A stretch of 64,000 nt of DNA, taken from the NCBI RefSeq assembly GCF_006345805.1, contig NW_021835963.1:124001-188000 (forward strand), in the 5' to 3' direction. A program made the translations under genes and the position numbers. The DNA comes from Octopus sinensis. Its lineage: Eukaryota. The notes under the pieces are model-generated. The model ran no database searches. It was not told the DNA's origin and worked only from the letters and a program-made list of their open reading frames with translations. Shown here piece after piece: positions 1 to 13,584 of the stretch (its first letter is position 1; the number at the start of each line of letters is the position of its first letter).

Positions 1-265
1 ATACAGACAGACAAACAAGGATGGTATTGGCAGTCACTTGGAATGTTAGAAACAGCAGCTAATCATTTTTCTAAATATATTCGACTGCTTTAACAGAAAC
101 CGAAAACATGTTGCGTGACATAATTCCCGGGTCGGTGTTTCTGAAGAATGGAAATCTACTGCGCAGTAAAGAGTGGAACAGTTTTGATAACAAGGCGGCA
201 CTTCTGATCAGCGCCGACTTGATTGCTAACCACCGCCACCACCATCTCTACTAACAACAACAACA

Positions 266-336
<71 letters not shown>

Positions 337-444
337 TTAATAATAATAATAATAACAGCAACAAGAATGATAACATTATCAATGATATTTCAATAGTATT
401 TGCAAAACGAGCTAGAATACTCTCAGACATATAAACTGACTTAC

Positions 445-571
445 CTATGAAAACTAACTTTAGTAAGCTGAGGGCATATGGGAAGAAGCTTAGGCCGCTG
501 AGAACATATTGGGATATTTGGTAGGGCGCTTTCTCCTTCAGACTTATGAATAAAGAGTCAACATCGATCAT
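445..571 (-). CDS. SLC22 paralogue B coding exon 1 (MIDVDSLFISLKEKAPYQISQYVLSGLSFFPYALSLLKLVFI-G); gene continues beyond the left edge
   Basis: Same 127-nt length and phase-1 donor (G|gtaagt) as gene A exon 1, with about half the residues identical by eye. The ORF-track ORF 251-724 runs past the donor into an (AAT)n tract. Confidence 0.88.
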
Positions 572-1099
572 TTTGGCAAGTTTGAAAGAGAAGGGAAAAA
601 GAAATAAAGAAAGAAGAGAGAACGTTATATAGTTTTTGAAAGATCTAAATTGTTTCCTTCCGAGCTGCAGCTTGTGAAAGTATGAGTGATGCACAAATGA
701 CTTTAATTTGGTTATTCTCGACACTGAATGTTATCAACTGAATCTGCATGTCTTGTGTCTTATCTCCGTGACAGCTGAAGATAACAGCCGTATGTTCAGA
801 AATACTGTTACGATTGATATTCTTCTTCACGTCGTCTGGTAGTGTCTTCATTTCGCTTACAGTTTAAAAAATGTCAAATTAAAGCATTTTTACTTTTTTT
901 ATATATATTTTATAATTTGTTTTTAATTCCGTAGAATCAATACACACACCCAAACATACACGCACATACACACACATATAGAAGTATACCATACATACAT
1001 ACATAAATAAATGCATACATTCACATATACATACATACACACACATACATACATGCATACATACATACATACGTACATACAAATGACACTCATGCATTT

Positions 1100-2215
1100 C
1101 TGTCGATATTCTGGTAATATGACCAACATCAAGAGATAATTAGAAGTCACAGCATTCTTACGAGTTATAGGAATGGCGGTTGGGCAAGAGAAATGCTCAT
1201 GCGTGATAGTCAACCGAGGAAAGATTGGCGACCAGGCAGGGAACATGTACATCAACGGTTCGTCTGTCTGTCTCCCCAATTTATAATGATCAAAGCTACA
1301 AGTTCCTCGGAATCGGTGAGAATGTTGCATGCATTGGTGCTGTGACTAAAGCCAGAATAACTAAAGAGTAATTCTGTAGACTTCGGAGAATATGGAACTC
1401 AGAGCTGTCTGCATTTAAACAAGACTATATATCACAATGCTTTTTGCAGCACCAGTGCCAGTACCACCATTTGGGACATTGGACTGGACACTCGACGAGT
1501 TACGTAGCCTGGACATCAACATCAGAAAGGTACTGACCACAACTGGCAACTTCCACATTAACAGCAACACCGATAGGATATATCATCATCATTGTTCGAC
1601 CGTGGTCGAGACAATGGAATTTACTGTTAAGCCAGACTTCACGGTCCATCATAGCATTACGGAGGTCCTGTTGCTGGATGCCTGTATCCCTGGAGATTAC
1701 ATCAGGGTAGGAGAGTGTGCGCCCTCTAGTGTCGCGAGCAGCTGGCTTCCAAAGGAGAAGAGTAGGATATATGTGAGATGAAGTGATGGCGGTAGAGGCA
1801 TAGGGTCAGTGCAAACAGTCTTTTAATTCTATCATTTAGACAACACCTGCTAAACAGTAAAGAAAGAAATGTGTATATACCATGCTTACTCAAAAATGAG
1901 AGCAAGAACATCTTCAGAGTTGGAGAAGAACTACTGAGCAAGTGATCTGAGAATTCAACTGTTTCACGCGACCCAAAGGAGCCTGGACTGGTCTACCTAA
2001 ACAGAAGGTAGGAGGAGAAGCAAGCATCATATCAACAAAAAGCGAGTACATATCTCGTAAGCTCGAGGGCAACAACAACATTGACAGGAAGAGTAGCTTG
2101 TCCTGGGCTGCAATAGATACATTACATGCCACCTAGAAGCATACGCGTTTGCCATCGAGGAGTTGGAGACTAATACCTGATAAACAAGACCGACAAAGAT
2201 ATCACCAAACCTCCA
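1100..2215 (+). mobile_element. Decayed R4/Dong-like non-LTR retrotransposon fragment
   Basis: Translation FAAPVPVPPFGTLDWTLDELRSLDINIRKVLTTTGNFHINSNTDRIY and ITCHLEAYAFAIEE matches the post-RT region of R4/Dong-type ORFs; multiple stops and frameshifts. Confidence 0.7.
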
Positions 2216-2229
2216 GGTTGTAATTAAAA

Positions 2230-3000
2230 ATGCCGTCTCTGCTATACCTAGATCACCTGGATTGGTCAGGACGTCTGGTGCCATGTCGGATCTACTGGCC
2301 ACGGCATTCACTCCATTTCCCTCGTGCTCTTGACATTCTCTTCCACGTTGTTCCAAACATTTATCTTAAATCCTTTTCCCACCTGATTGGAGGTCTTCCG
2401 AATGGTCTCATCTGCTCACATGGGTACCACTCGACAACTGCATGGAGCCATCGTGTCTGTGAGCCTCGCGACATCACTGGCCCACCGTAGCTTTACCTGG
2501 TGGTATTCTTCAACGACATCTTCCTATCCCTGATCTCCTCGTTCCAATTGTGATCTCTTAGCGCGATTCCCAACACCGACATTTCCATGGCTCTCTGTGC
2601 TGTAAGCAGAGATTGTTATTCTCTCTTCGTCAAGGCCCAAGTCTCACATGCATATAGCATTGCAAGCAAGACTGCCGTTGAAGAGATTGGCGAGAGTTGC
2701 CTTGTCTAGGTTCACCTTCAGCACATCCTTCACCGAGCTGAATGCTCTTCATCCGGCTCCTACCCTTCGCCAGATCTCATTCTTCATCTCCCGCCTTATA
2801 GTCGCTTCTTAACCGAGATACACATAGCTGCTTGCCTCTTCTACTTCATTGCCTCCGACTCTTAGGTGACCGATCACTACGCCCTCAGACCGTATATACT
2901 TGGATTTCGTACGCCTGATCTTCAGGCCGACAGCCGAACCCCTGATATCCAGTTCGTCCAGCATGGTCTACTATACCAGTGTGGAAGATATCACCCACAT
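2230..3000 (-). mobile_element. RTE-clade LINE remnant (RT C-terminal part)
   Basis: Minus strand reads GLKIRRTKSKY..EVEEASSYVYLG..EIWRRVGAG..LYACETWALT..WAG.VARLTD.RW..AVVEWYP, with stops. Confidence 0.8.
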
Positions 3001-4699
3001 AATCAGCAGCTGCCTTAATATGTCTACAAGATACTACCTGCCCTTGAGGCATATTTCCAAAGATTATTTACAATGCTATCTACAGGAAGGCACAATAAAA
3101 ATCTGTAAGACATTGCAAACATTTTCCTTATGAGATTCTCTAAATGAACACATGCATACATTTGGTTGTGTTTATCAAGAAAGAAACACATGTAAAAACT
3201 TATCGTGCACACAGACATGTTCACGCAGAACAGAAGTTCAGGTGGCCACACCTGGATGCATGCGTTAACTCAACCAATGATTTATGAGTGTGTTTTACGA
3301 AGTATGATTATATATAAAGTAAAGAGTTAGATTATATATAACTCTTTACTCTTTTTATGATTATATATAAAGTAAAGAGTTAGATTATATATAACTCTTT
3401 ACTCTTTTTACTCTTTTACTTGTTTCAGTCATTTGACTGCGGCCATACTGGAGCACCGCCTTTAGTCGAGCAAATCGACCCCGGGACTTATTCTTTGTAA
3501 GCCCAGTACTTATTCTATCGGTCTCTTTTGCCGAACCGCTAAGTGTCGGGGACATAAACACACCAGCATTGGTTGTCAAGCAATGCTAGGGGGACAAACA
3601 CAGACACACAGACACACATATATATATATACATATATTCGACAGGCTTCTTTCAGTTTCCGTCTACCAAATCCACTCACAAGGCATTGGTCGGCCCGAGG
3701 CTATAGCAGAAGACACTTGCCCAAGATGCCACGCAGTGGGACTGAACCCGGAACCATGTGGTTGGTTAGCAAGCTACTTACCACACAGCCACTCCTGCGC
3801 CTCGCTATTTTTACCTGGGCTTCGCTCGGGTTTTGGTGGATGTGGTGTTGTTTTGTGTGTGTGTTGTCTCCTTTTCCCTTTCTTCTTTTGTTCGTCTTCT
3901 TTGCCTGGTTCTTTTGATTGCCCTTTTCTTTTTCTTTTTCTTATTTAAAAAATTTTTTCTTCGTCTTTATCTTCTTTAAAACTCAATTTTTTTCCCATAT
4001 TCCTCACCATGGCAACCAAACGGTAGCCCCAAGCGATTTGCAGCCCTCCTCACACCATTGCCCACCCCATTTTACCCCCCCCCCCCCCCCAGTGTAAATT
4101 TTGGTGCCAGTCCGACCCCATATACCGCCCCTTAAACCGTTCCCATCCCAAAATGAGACAAATAATCAAGAAATCAAACAACTTTTTCGCATTTCAACTC
4201 TATAGATATTGATTAAGATGACGATATTGATTAAGATGATGATGACGAGGAGGAGGAGGAGGATAACGATGATGGTGGTGGTGGTGGTGGTGGTGGTGGT
4301 GGTGGTGATGATGATGATGATGATGATGATGTTGATGATGATGATGGTGGTGACGATGATGACGATGATGATGATGATTTGTCGATAGCATCGACCCGAG
4401 TACTTGACTGGTATCTTATTTTTCTCACAATGGAGGAAGGAAAAGCAAAGCTAATCCCGGCGGCATTTTAATTCATAAAGGTAACGAACCGGAGCGAATA
4501 CCGCAAGGCATTTCATCTGACGCTCCACCGATTCTGCCAGCCTGTCGTCGCGATGCGAAGATAAACACGAAAAGAGACAAAAGGTTAAAACGAAATAATC
4601 TTTATTACGAGAAGGTAAAATACAGTTACATCGACCCCAGTATTATAATAATAATGTCCTGAGTGTGGCAAGAAAAACCATTGCATGAGCAATACTCCA

Positions 4700-5043
4700 A
4701 ACAAGCTGAGAAAGCTGATGTAGATATGGGAAGAACCCATCAGTGGCTGCAGAGCACTGGTTTGGAAAGTGAAACAGGATTTATCCTAGCGGCACAATAT
4801 TAGAGTCTCCTCACACGGAACTATTAAGCTAATGTCACGCACAATGGGGCAGGCACAAAGTGTAGATTCTGCGATGACAGAATTGAGAGCACTGGCCACA
4901 TTGTTGCCGGTAGCTCAGTCCTCACCTTTAAAGAATATAAAACCAGGCATGATCGAGTTGGCCAATATTTGTACTGGAGCATATGTTGTCACTATGATAT
5001 CCCGCACCCTAAGAACTTGTATGAACACCATCCAGAGTCAGTC

Positions 5044-5045
<2 letters not shown>
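4700..5045 (+). mobile_element. R4/Dong-like non-LTR fragment, CCHC region
   Basis: GFILAAQ..SLLTRNY..KCRFCDDRIESTGHIVAGSS..KEYKTRHDRVGQYLYWSIC..Y..PHPKNLYEHHPES. Confidence 0.75.
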
Positions 5046-5080
<35 letters not shown>

Positions 5081-5348
5081 TTACCATCCTGTGAGATGGT
5101 AACATCGACCCCAGTACTTAGATTATCGATCCCATAAGGATAAAAGGCAAGGTCGATCTCGGTGAAATTTGAACTCAGAACTTAAAGTTGGAAGGAATGC
5201 GACTGAACACTTTCCTGGCGCTGTATCGATTCTGCCAGCTCACCGCGTTAACAACAACAACAACAACAACAACAATATGAACAACAACAACAACGGGTTT
5301 GAAACTTTTCCACAAGAGCATCAATTTTGTGGGAGGTTTATGGATGTT

Positions 5349-5585
5349 TTATGTGTTTATCTTGCTCAATTCTGAAGAAGTAGACTTTTCTGGGTCAGTT
5401 GAACCGATTTCTTTTCCAGATTTTTCCCTCTTGGAGCGTTTCTGTAATTTCATGTGTGCTTTAACATCCGACATTGATGATGGCATTTGCATTTTCTGAG
5501 ATTCCGGCATGAAGTACAAGAGGGAAAAGCTCAAAATACAACCAATGCTACACACCGTTCCAGGCAACCATGGTATGTTTTCCAT
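5349..5585 (-). CDS. SLC22 gene A terminal exon (MENIPWLPGTV...FMPESQKMQMP...SKINT*)
   Basis: Acceptor ctgtag; PWLP and PES motifs; stop at 5349. Confidence 0.92.
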   Translation of the reverse strand: MENIPWLPGTVCSIGCILSFSLLYFMPESQKMQMPSSMSDVKAHMKLQKRSKREKSGKEIGSTDPEKSTSSELSKINT

Positions 5586-5669
5586 CTACAGGAAGAAAAC
5601 AGAAGCCATATTAAATACATGTAAACATGTGTACACATACACACGCCCTCATATATATACATACATGAA

Positions 5670-5703
<34 letters not shown>

Positions 5704-5973
5704 CATACATACATATATATATACATACATACATATATCTCTTTCTCTTTTCTCTTTTTCTTGTTTCAGTCATTTGACTGCGGCCATGCTGGAGCACCGC
5801 CTTTAATCGAGCAACTCGACCCCGGGACTTATTCTTTTGTAAGCCCAGTACTTATTCTATCGGTCTCTTTTGCCGAACCGCTAAGTAACGGGGACGTAAA
5901 CACACCAGCATCGGTTGTCAAGCAATGCTAGGGGGACAAACACAGACACACAAACACACACACGTATATATAT

Positions 5974-6022
<49 letters not shown>

Positions 6023-6512
6023 CATAAATACGACGGGCTTCTTTCAGTTTCCGTCTACCAAATCCACTCACAAGGCATATGTCGGTCCGAGGCTATTGCA
6101 GAAGAAACTTGCCCAAGGTGCCACGCAGTGGGACTGAACCCGAAACCATGTGGTTGATAAGCAAGCTACTTACCACACAGCCACTCCAGCGCCTATATAC
6201 ATACATACATACATACATATATACATGCATACATATACATGCACACATACACACACAAGCACACACACACACGCGCGCACACACGCATATTTATAAGGAA
6301 AATAAGACAAGGTAGAAAATGCTAAAATAATTCTATCGTGAAATACATTTTGTAATGGTTAGTACCGGTTTCTACCTTTTCGACTTTTTCAATTAAGAGT
6401 AAAATAAAAGTGGATATTGATTAAGAAGAAAAATAATTAAATTGAAGAAAAATTATATGAAATGTTTTGTAAATATTTCCATAAGCTTCAAATAGTTAGA
6501 ACGTTTTCCTAG

Positions 6513-6560
<48 letters not shown>

Positions 6561-6568
<8 letters not shown>

Positions 6569-6820
6569 TAAATTAGAGATAAAACCACTATTAGGCAAAT
6601 CAAGCATGAAAAATCATGACCCAATACGTAGAAATAAAATTAATCAATAAAAAATATATAAAATATAAAATTCAAAATTTAAAATATTTAAATTAAAGTT
6701 AAAATTTAAAAAATTATTTAAATTAATAATTTATACTTATAAATTTTTAAATATATATATATATATATTATTATTTTATTTATTATAATATTATTTAAAT
6801 AAATAAATAAAATAATAATA

Positions 6821-6855
<35 letters not shown>

Positions 6856-7123
6856 AAAAAGTATAAATATAAATTATTAATTTAAATAATTTTTTAAATT
6901 TTAACTTTAATTTAAATATTTAAAATTTTGAATTTTATATTTTATATATTTTTTATTAATTAATTTTATTTCTATGTATTGGTTTATGATTTTCACTGTT
7001 TGATTTGCCTAATAGTGGTTTTATCTATAATTTAATATAATATATATATATATATATTTATACTATAAAATTAGATTTAATCCTAAATCTAATTTTTCCT
7101 GTAAGTTTGGATTTACTCCCTAA

Positions 7124-7125
<2 letters not shown>
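6561..7125. repeat. AT-rich foldback (palindromic) element with conserved terminal module
   Basis: Arms ~6561-6790 and ~6800-7044 are reverse complements (attagagataaaaccactattaggcaaatcaa / tttgatttgcctaatagtggttttatctataat); terminal module tttttcctgtaagtttggatttactcccta. Confidence 0.8.
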
Positions 7126-7160
<35 letters not shown>

Positions 7161-7622
7161 TATGACGGGCTTGTTTCAGTTTCCGTCTACCAAATCCACT
7201 CAAATGTCTTTGGTCAGTCCCGAGACTGAACCCATACAAAACCATGTGATTGGGAAGCAAGCTTCTTACCACACAGCCACGCCTGCGCCTATTTACATAT
7301 ATCCACCAGTCTGTCTATCTTTCTGTCTGTCTCTCTATTTTTCTCTCTCTCTCTCTCTCTCTCATTCTATTCATCTATTTATTATTCTCTTTATACATAT
7401 GTATGCAGATAGAGCTAGTCTTCTATTATTCAAAGCTTGACCACTTCGTGTCAGATATTTAGGCCAGCGCCCGAGGATCGCAGTTCCATCGGAACTCTGC
7501 GTGTCCCGTAAGCGCGAAAGCATTAGAATATGTTTATGTATTCTTCAGGCGAAACAATTTACTCATACACACGTACGCACAATACAAAACTAGTTGAGAA
7601 TTTTGCATTAGTAATTACTTAC

Positions 7623-7695
7623 AAGAAGGCGAGAGTAGGGCGACACCATATTTCCAACACTTCCAGAGAATGTTAGGAAACCAAGTCCGATATTC
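7623..7695 (-). CDS. SLC22 gene A exon 9 (NIGLGFLTFSGSVGNMVSPYSRLL)
   Basis: Acceptor ttccag, donor gtaagt; phase 2 to 0. Confidence 0.9.
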
Positions 7696-8283
7696 CTGGA
7701 AATATATACGGAGCAGTATAAACGAAAGAACATTCAAACAGTGGAACAAAGAGTTATTTGTGCTGTGAACAGCGTGATCTCGTTTAGAGCCAAATGCCAG
7801 GGAGATTCTGGCTGACAAGACAAAATATGTCGAACACAGGTGTCCCAGAATCTCTGGCTTTAATGAGATGAGTTTGTTATAAGCAAATCATTGTCGTAAA
7901 AAGGGAGAGTAGTTCTCCTGTGACGTACACAACAGTGATTAGCATATTTGCGTCTGAATCTACATACTTCGGGGCTCAACTCAATTTCATCGACCTTGAA
8001 AGGATGAAAGGCAAAATCGACCTCGGCGGAATTTGAACTCAGAACGTAAGGACTGACGAATTTCCGTGAAGCATTTCCCCCGGCTTGCTAACGTTCTTGC
8101 CAGCTTGACGCCTTTGTCTACCGGAAAATATTAAGGATAATTTTGCAAGTTATTGTTTATATTTTAATGGTGCCTATGTATATAACGGAAAAGAGCATAA
8201 GAATGTGTGGCGCTCTGGCCATCTCAAGAACAATTATAGCGTATATTATGATATTGGATTCAATGAATTTATAGATTACTTAC

Positions 8284-8404
8284 CTCAGGTTAGTTGGGTA
8301 GATTTCTGGAGCATATATCCAGATAAGACAATATGAAGCACTGATACCAAACATTCCCAACAGACTGAATATGATGTTCAAGATTGAATAGACACTCGAC
8401 CCAT
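8284..8404 (-). CDS. SLC22 gene A exon 8 (GSSVYSILNIIFSLLGMFGISASYCLIWIYAPEIYPTNLR)
   Basis: Acceptor attcag, donor gtaagt; E.YPT..R motif. Confidence 0.92.
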
Positions 8405-8696
8405 CTGAATTTATTTGAATTAAATATTTAGATTACATTAAAAAAACATGAGGATGAAGACTCGGAACTTTTATCGCTTTAAAAAAACATATTTTACTTG
8501 TTTCAGTCATTGCACTACAGCCACGAAGTCAAAGAAATCGATCCCAAAACATATTTTTAAAATTTGGTACTTATTCTATTAAACTTTTTTTTTCGCTTTA
8601 CTGCTCAGTTACGGGGACCTAAACAGACCAACATCAGTTGTCAAGAGTTAGTGGGGAGACAAACACAACACAAACAGACATACGCACACATACATC

Positions 8697-8790
<94 letters not shown>

Positions 8791-9207
8791 CTTATATGAC
8801 AGGCTTCCTCACAGTTTCTGTCTACCAAATTCACTCAGAAGGAATTGCTCGATCCGGTGCTACAGCAGAAGACTTTTGCCCCTAGGTGCAATGTAATGGG
8901 ACTCAACTCGGAACCACACTGGTGCAAAATGAACTTGTTAACTGCACAACCATGTCAGTTGAGGTTATTTTAATTTAATACCAGGTTGTTATACGTCGCT
9001 ATGCTACCGGTAAAAACGTTTGTTAAAGTCTAGCTTTGAAGTTTGTTATGTCCAGGCGTAGGTATGACAGTGTGGTTTCGCGTTCGGTCACAATCTGCGA
9101 CATTTTGGTCAAGTGACTCCGGACTGACCAATACATTGTGAGTTAATTTGGTAGACGGAAACTGTGTGGAAGACCGTTGTGATATATGCGCGCGTGTGTG
9201 TGTGCGT

Positions 9208-9244
<37 letters not shown>

Positions 9245-9530
9245 TGTGTGTGTGTGCGTGCGTTAGCCCGCGTGTGCGTAATGCGTATGTGTGTCTTAGT
9301 TACTATGCCACTCTACTTGACAACCAGTGTTCGTTTATTTACGTCCCTTTAACCAAGAGACTCGGCAAAAGAGGTTGATAGAATAAGTACCAGACATAAG
9401 TACTGGGGTCGATTTGTTTAACCAAACCCTTCAATCGGTATCCCAGCATGGCCGCAGTCCAATGACTGAAACAGGTAAAAGATAAAAGGAAATTTTATGC
9501 GCATTTTACGTGAGAAGAATAAATACCTAC

Positions 9531-9616
9531 CTCCAAAATACAAGACAGCTACAGCTATAAATAAGGCGACACCAGCGGTTCCTTGGTAAAAAGATATTGC
9601 AACTCTTCTTGGCAGT
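9531..9616 (-). CDS. SLC22 gene A exon 7 (LPRRVAISFYQGTAGVALFIAVAVLYFG)
   Basis: Acceptor ttctag, donor gtaggt; phase 2 to 1. Confidence 0.88.
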
Positions 9617-9953
9617 CTAGAAAGATGCAAAAATGATGGCATTTATGTCATATTAAGGATGAAACAAAAACAACAACAAAATGGAAGAGGCATGAAGAGT
9701 TTTATTGAAGAATTAGACCCCAATACGTATCTTGTGTGTTTAGTACTTATCTTATCGTTCTCTTTTACCGAACTGCTAATTTATTTATTACCTTATTTAT
9801 TAAGGTAATAACCCTTAGTTATTAAGGGTTATTTCCCTTCATCAGTACAGAATAATCGCGATACACAGATAGTTTTGAGCTGAGTGGGGTGCTAGATTCC
9901 CTCGTTCCAAAATATAAGGACATAGATCGCGTCGTATACCCAGATGGAGACGA

Positions 9954-10373
9954 TGTCTCCTGGGACTAAATTACAGCAACATTCGTCCTAAACCGAGACT
10001 GCTATGTTATGTTGGCAAATAATCTTTACTCCAAAGTACTGTTGCTGAATATCTCACGTTGTCTCCTGGGACTAAATTACAGCAACATTCGTCCTAAACC
10101 GAGACTGCTATGTTATGTTGGCAAATAATCTTTACTCCAAAGTACTGTTGCTGAATATCTCACGTTGTCTCCTGGGGCTAAATTACAGCAACATTCGTCC
10201 TAAACCGAGACTGCTATGTTATGTTGGAAAATAATCTTTACTCCAAAGTACTGTTGCTGAATATCTCACGTTGTCTCCTGGGACTAAATTACAGCAACAT
10301 TCGTCCAAAAACCAGGACTGCCATGTTGGCAAATAATCTTTACTCCAAAGTACTGTTGCAGAATATCTCTCGT
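9954..10373. repeat. Tandem repeat, 106-bp unit x ~4
   Basis: Unit starts tgtctcctgggactaaattacagc at 9954, 10060, 10166 and 10272; copies near-identical, last one decayed. Confidence 0.95.
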
Positions 10374-11748
10374 TTTTAGATTTACAATTAGTAATTTTCC
10401 AAAACTTTTCCTGTTCTGTACTTTACCAGATGTAATAACTTGTACTTTTCCAGTTTTATAATCTTAAGAATATTGTTTCTCTTGCTCGTATTTTTCCATG
10501 TAATAATATATGCACTAGGCTTCTACACAGTTCCCGTCTACCGAATTCATTCATAAAGTGTTAGCCACCCCGGAGTTGTAGTAGGAGACATTTGCCCAAA
10601 GTGCTGTGCAGTGCGATTGAACCCAAAACCATGTGGTTGGAAAGCAAGCTTCTTAACCACACAGCTCGAGTGAAAAATATCTGATATTGTTCTGACGTTA
10701 ATTTTCGTTAAATGGTTTATAAAGACATTTGAATCTTGGTCAGAGTCATATTGGTATTTGATATACCAGCCCGGGAGTCGATGAAATAAAGTACCAAATG
10801 AGAAATCGATCGATGAAATTGATTTCACCTCCACCCTCAAAATTGCTCTCCTTGTGCCAAACTTAGAAATAACTATTACTACGAAATCGAATTGTTTCTC
10901 GTATATTTTGGTTCTTCAGTCTGATCTGCTTAAGACTGCTCTACCATATTTATACAAACCTTCGAATACCTGAGAGAGAAACTACCACATTCTTTTATTA
11001 TGAGAGGTAAATATCCACTACTCTTTTAGTCTTTTGTTTCAAGGCGCCGAGCTGGCAGAAACGTTAGTGTTGAGTGTTGAGTTATGTCTCTAAACGTTCC
11101 GGCAAAGATCGACTTCGCATTTCATATTTCCGAGGTCATTGAAATACGTTACCATAAATATACTAGAACATCATTGAATCATTTCTACCTGTGCATTCCT
11201 TTGCAGCAATGTAAGATATTAATATAGAATCATTTCATGGAAAGCAAAATGTTTCAATATTAAAAAATATATTTAAAAAGCCATCTACGCATCACAACGT
11301 GTATACTCCGTCAACTGGCAAGTTGCAGCAGCTTTCATCCAAGATAAAAGCTCTTATGGACGCGTCGTGTTTAAACACACACACACATACATGTGTCTCT
11401 GTCTCTCTCTATATATATCCAGTCGGCGCTGTACGTTCACTGAGAATGATACATAGATGAATATTACTTCAGATGTATAATTATTAATTTAGCCTGGCAG
11501 CTATTCGCAATAGTAATGAATGTACTATTCACCGCTCTCTATATCGGGGGCTACACACCCAGTCACAGTATTTGGATGACTGCAAGTAAGCCCAACCATG
11601 CCAAATCTTACTAGCCGCTGGTTGAACAAGTTTTCGTCTTCCCCCGATATGTCTTGTATTAAACACAGCACGTTCATAAGCGTAGTAAGTTATCAAATAT
11701 GATACGTAGATGGTTATTTTGATTGAATACTGTTTCAATAGCTTACAA

Positions 11749-12022
11749 TCTTTATATATAAAAGTGAAGTTGTGTGAGTGTCTGTCTCCTACGATTTAGA
11801 TTCCTAACTACTCACACATATCTTATAGTCGTGATTCATATCGAGCCCTTCTGGGTATTAGCGCGCGTCTACGATGAGTCTACGATTTTAAAAAGAATTT
11901 ACCATCATTTTTTCCCATTCTTAATGCATTTTTTTGCTATTATATAAGGGAAGTAACTCTCTAAAAAATGCTTATATAGTTATTTCCCTTAGAAACCCGA
12001 GCAACGCCGGCGATACTGTTAG
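11749..12022 (+). mobile_element. Non-autonomous Helitron-like element, copy 1
   Basis: 5' TC(T)nATATATAAA; 3' cccgagcaacgccgg hairpin then TTAG (decayed CTAG); A|T flanks. Confidence 0.75.
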
Positions 12023-12063
12023 TAGAATATAAAAAAGAAAAAATATGTGTATATATATATTAC

Positions 12064-12198
12064 CTGAAAAGTGTTATGGCCATGGTTATATTGGCACAAA
12101 CTTCTGTTAGGGAAAACAAGAAAAAGTTCAAATATCCATTACCTGCCAAACTAGGACTGGTCATATATACGGCGATGTATGTCACAGCGTTCATGAAC
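12064..12198 (-). CDS. SLC22 gene A exon 6 (FMNAVTYIAV...GNGYLNFFLFSLTEV...LFR)
   Basis: Acceptor ttccag, donor gtaata; GN.YLNFF...E motif. Confidence 0.9.
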
Positions 12199-13299
12199 CT
12201 GGAAATCCAAAGAATATAATGTATTTCTGTTAAAAATTGATTTCTGCTGCATAAGTTTAGTGGAATAACTACAGATTCAGTTCTGACTTAAGATCCGATA
12301 CTTAAACTATATTTATAAACTGTTTAGAACATAAAATCAAAACACAAACCCCATTAAGGAAATCTGTCTTCAAAAAACAAACATATAATCCATTTTTGAC
12401 ACTTGAGAATTATAAACTATTCTAAAATAATTTACAAGCCACTTCTTCCAATCCAGAAGTGATATGCAAAAAAGCCAACATAAATTGGTGACAGTTTGAC
12501 GTTCCCTTTCTGAAATATAAAGCTGAATGCCTCTTTAACGACTTAGCATCAGTAGAAGAAAGAATGCAGTGGGACTGCGTCAGTGATTAGGTTGTAGGTG
12601 TACGACGAAACGTTTTGGCACTTCGTAGAACACAGTACTATCAATGACACAGCATTGCTGAATGGTTAAGGAGTTTGTTTCATATCCTAGGGAAGTGGCA
12701 TTCGTCATAATCCTTTCGTTGATGCAAGGTTTTGTTACACCGTTGAATGGCTTACCCCCGAAATAATTCCAAGATCCAGCCTTGCCACACCACCTTATGC
12801 TGATTCTACCCGAGATTTACATTCAGGGGTCATGTTTCTGTGAAATACTGAATCACTTCTGGCGCTTATTCAATTGGTTGGTAGTTCAGATGAGCATCCG
12901 GGTACTTATATGATTCGGGGGCGTCAGCACAGGCTGTTTGGTAATTGTTACCGGACTTACCGGTTTAGATCCCTCGTACCGTATTCTCTTCTCTGTGGAT
13001 CCGGATATGGTAACGGCTCGTGTTGGTTGGCCATATGCCGCACGGCCATAGTGGTTGAGGAAGTATCTCGCAGATGAGAACTGACTGGTACATTTCTCGA
13101 AGTGTTGCCCGGAACGACCCGAGAGGATTCCGATAAATGGTGGATGCAACGACGCACTGCAACGGCGCAGGACCTCCATATCTCATTCGACCCCAGTTGT
13201 GCGAACAACTGAATACTCATGATCGAAACCGACGGAGAACCATTATTTCTACAGCTGAATATTTCCATTCTATCTTTTAATCAGGCGAATAAGTAGTGT

Positions 13300-13580
13300 A
13301 TTTAACTCCTTCGGATTGCCTCTTATTCAGGTCTCTGCAGAATAGTCTTAATGGTAAAAATTTCAATTCCTTGGATGACGTAAAAAGATACCTTGATGAA
13401 TTCTTTGCCAAGAAACCACCTCAGTTCTGGGAAGAGGGTATTTTCAAGTTAAAGTAAAGATGTAGACGCATTGGGCAACAAAATGGTTCATATTTGGTTG
13501 ATTAAAAATGTAATGGCAAGTATTTATTGACCTTTTTCTTTCCTTTAAAAATCGGTACGAACTTTCCGGACAACCCAATA
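13300..13580 (+). mobile_element. Mariner transposase 3' end plus TIR
   Basis: PSDCLLFRSLQNSLNGKNFNSLDDVKRYLDEFFAKK..FWEEGIFKL; terminal ...gtacgaactttccggacaacccaaTA. Confidence 0.85.
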
Positions 13581-13584
13581 TAAT

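Noticed and set aside
645-851. 68-aa ORF upstream of paralogue B exon 1
   Set aside because: No homology or splice context; more likely UTR or intronic sequence.
3573-3948. Recurrent ORFs MSSNARGTNTD.../MLGGQTQTH... at many loci
   Set aside because: These are reading frames through copies of SINE S1, not genes.
9954-10373. CRISPR-like array
   Set aside because: Contiguous 106-bp units with no unique spacers, eukaryotic context, no cas genes.
10915-10969. Extra SLC22 exon after the acceptor ttctctctcag (VFEGLYKYGR...)
   Set aside because: In the required phase 2 it stops after 12 codons, and exons 6 and 7 already join in frame. At most a cryptic or poison exon.
12874-13268. Cluster of overlapping ORFs, possibly an LTR-element fragment
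   Set aside because: No recognisable domain motif; cannot be supported without a search.
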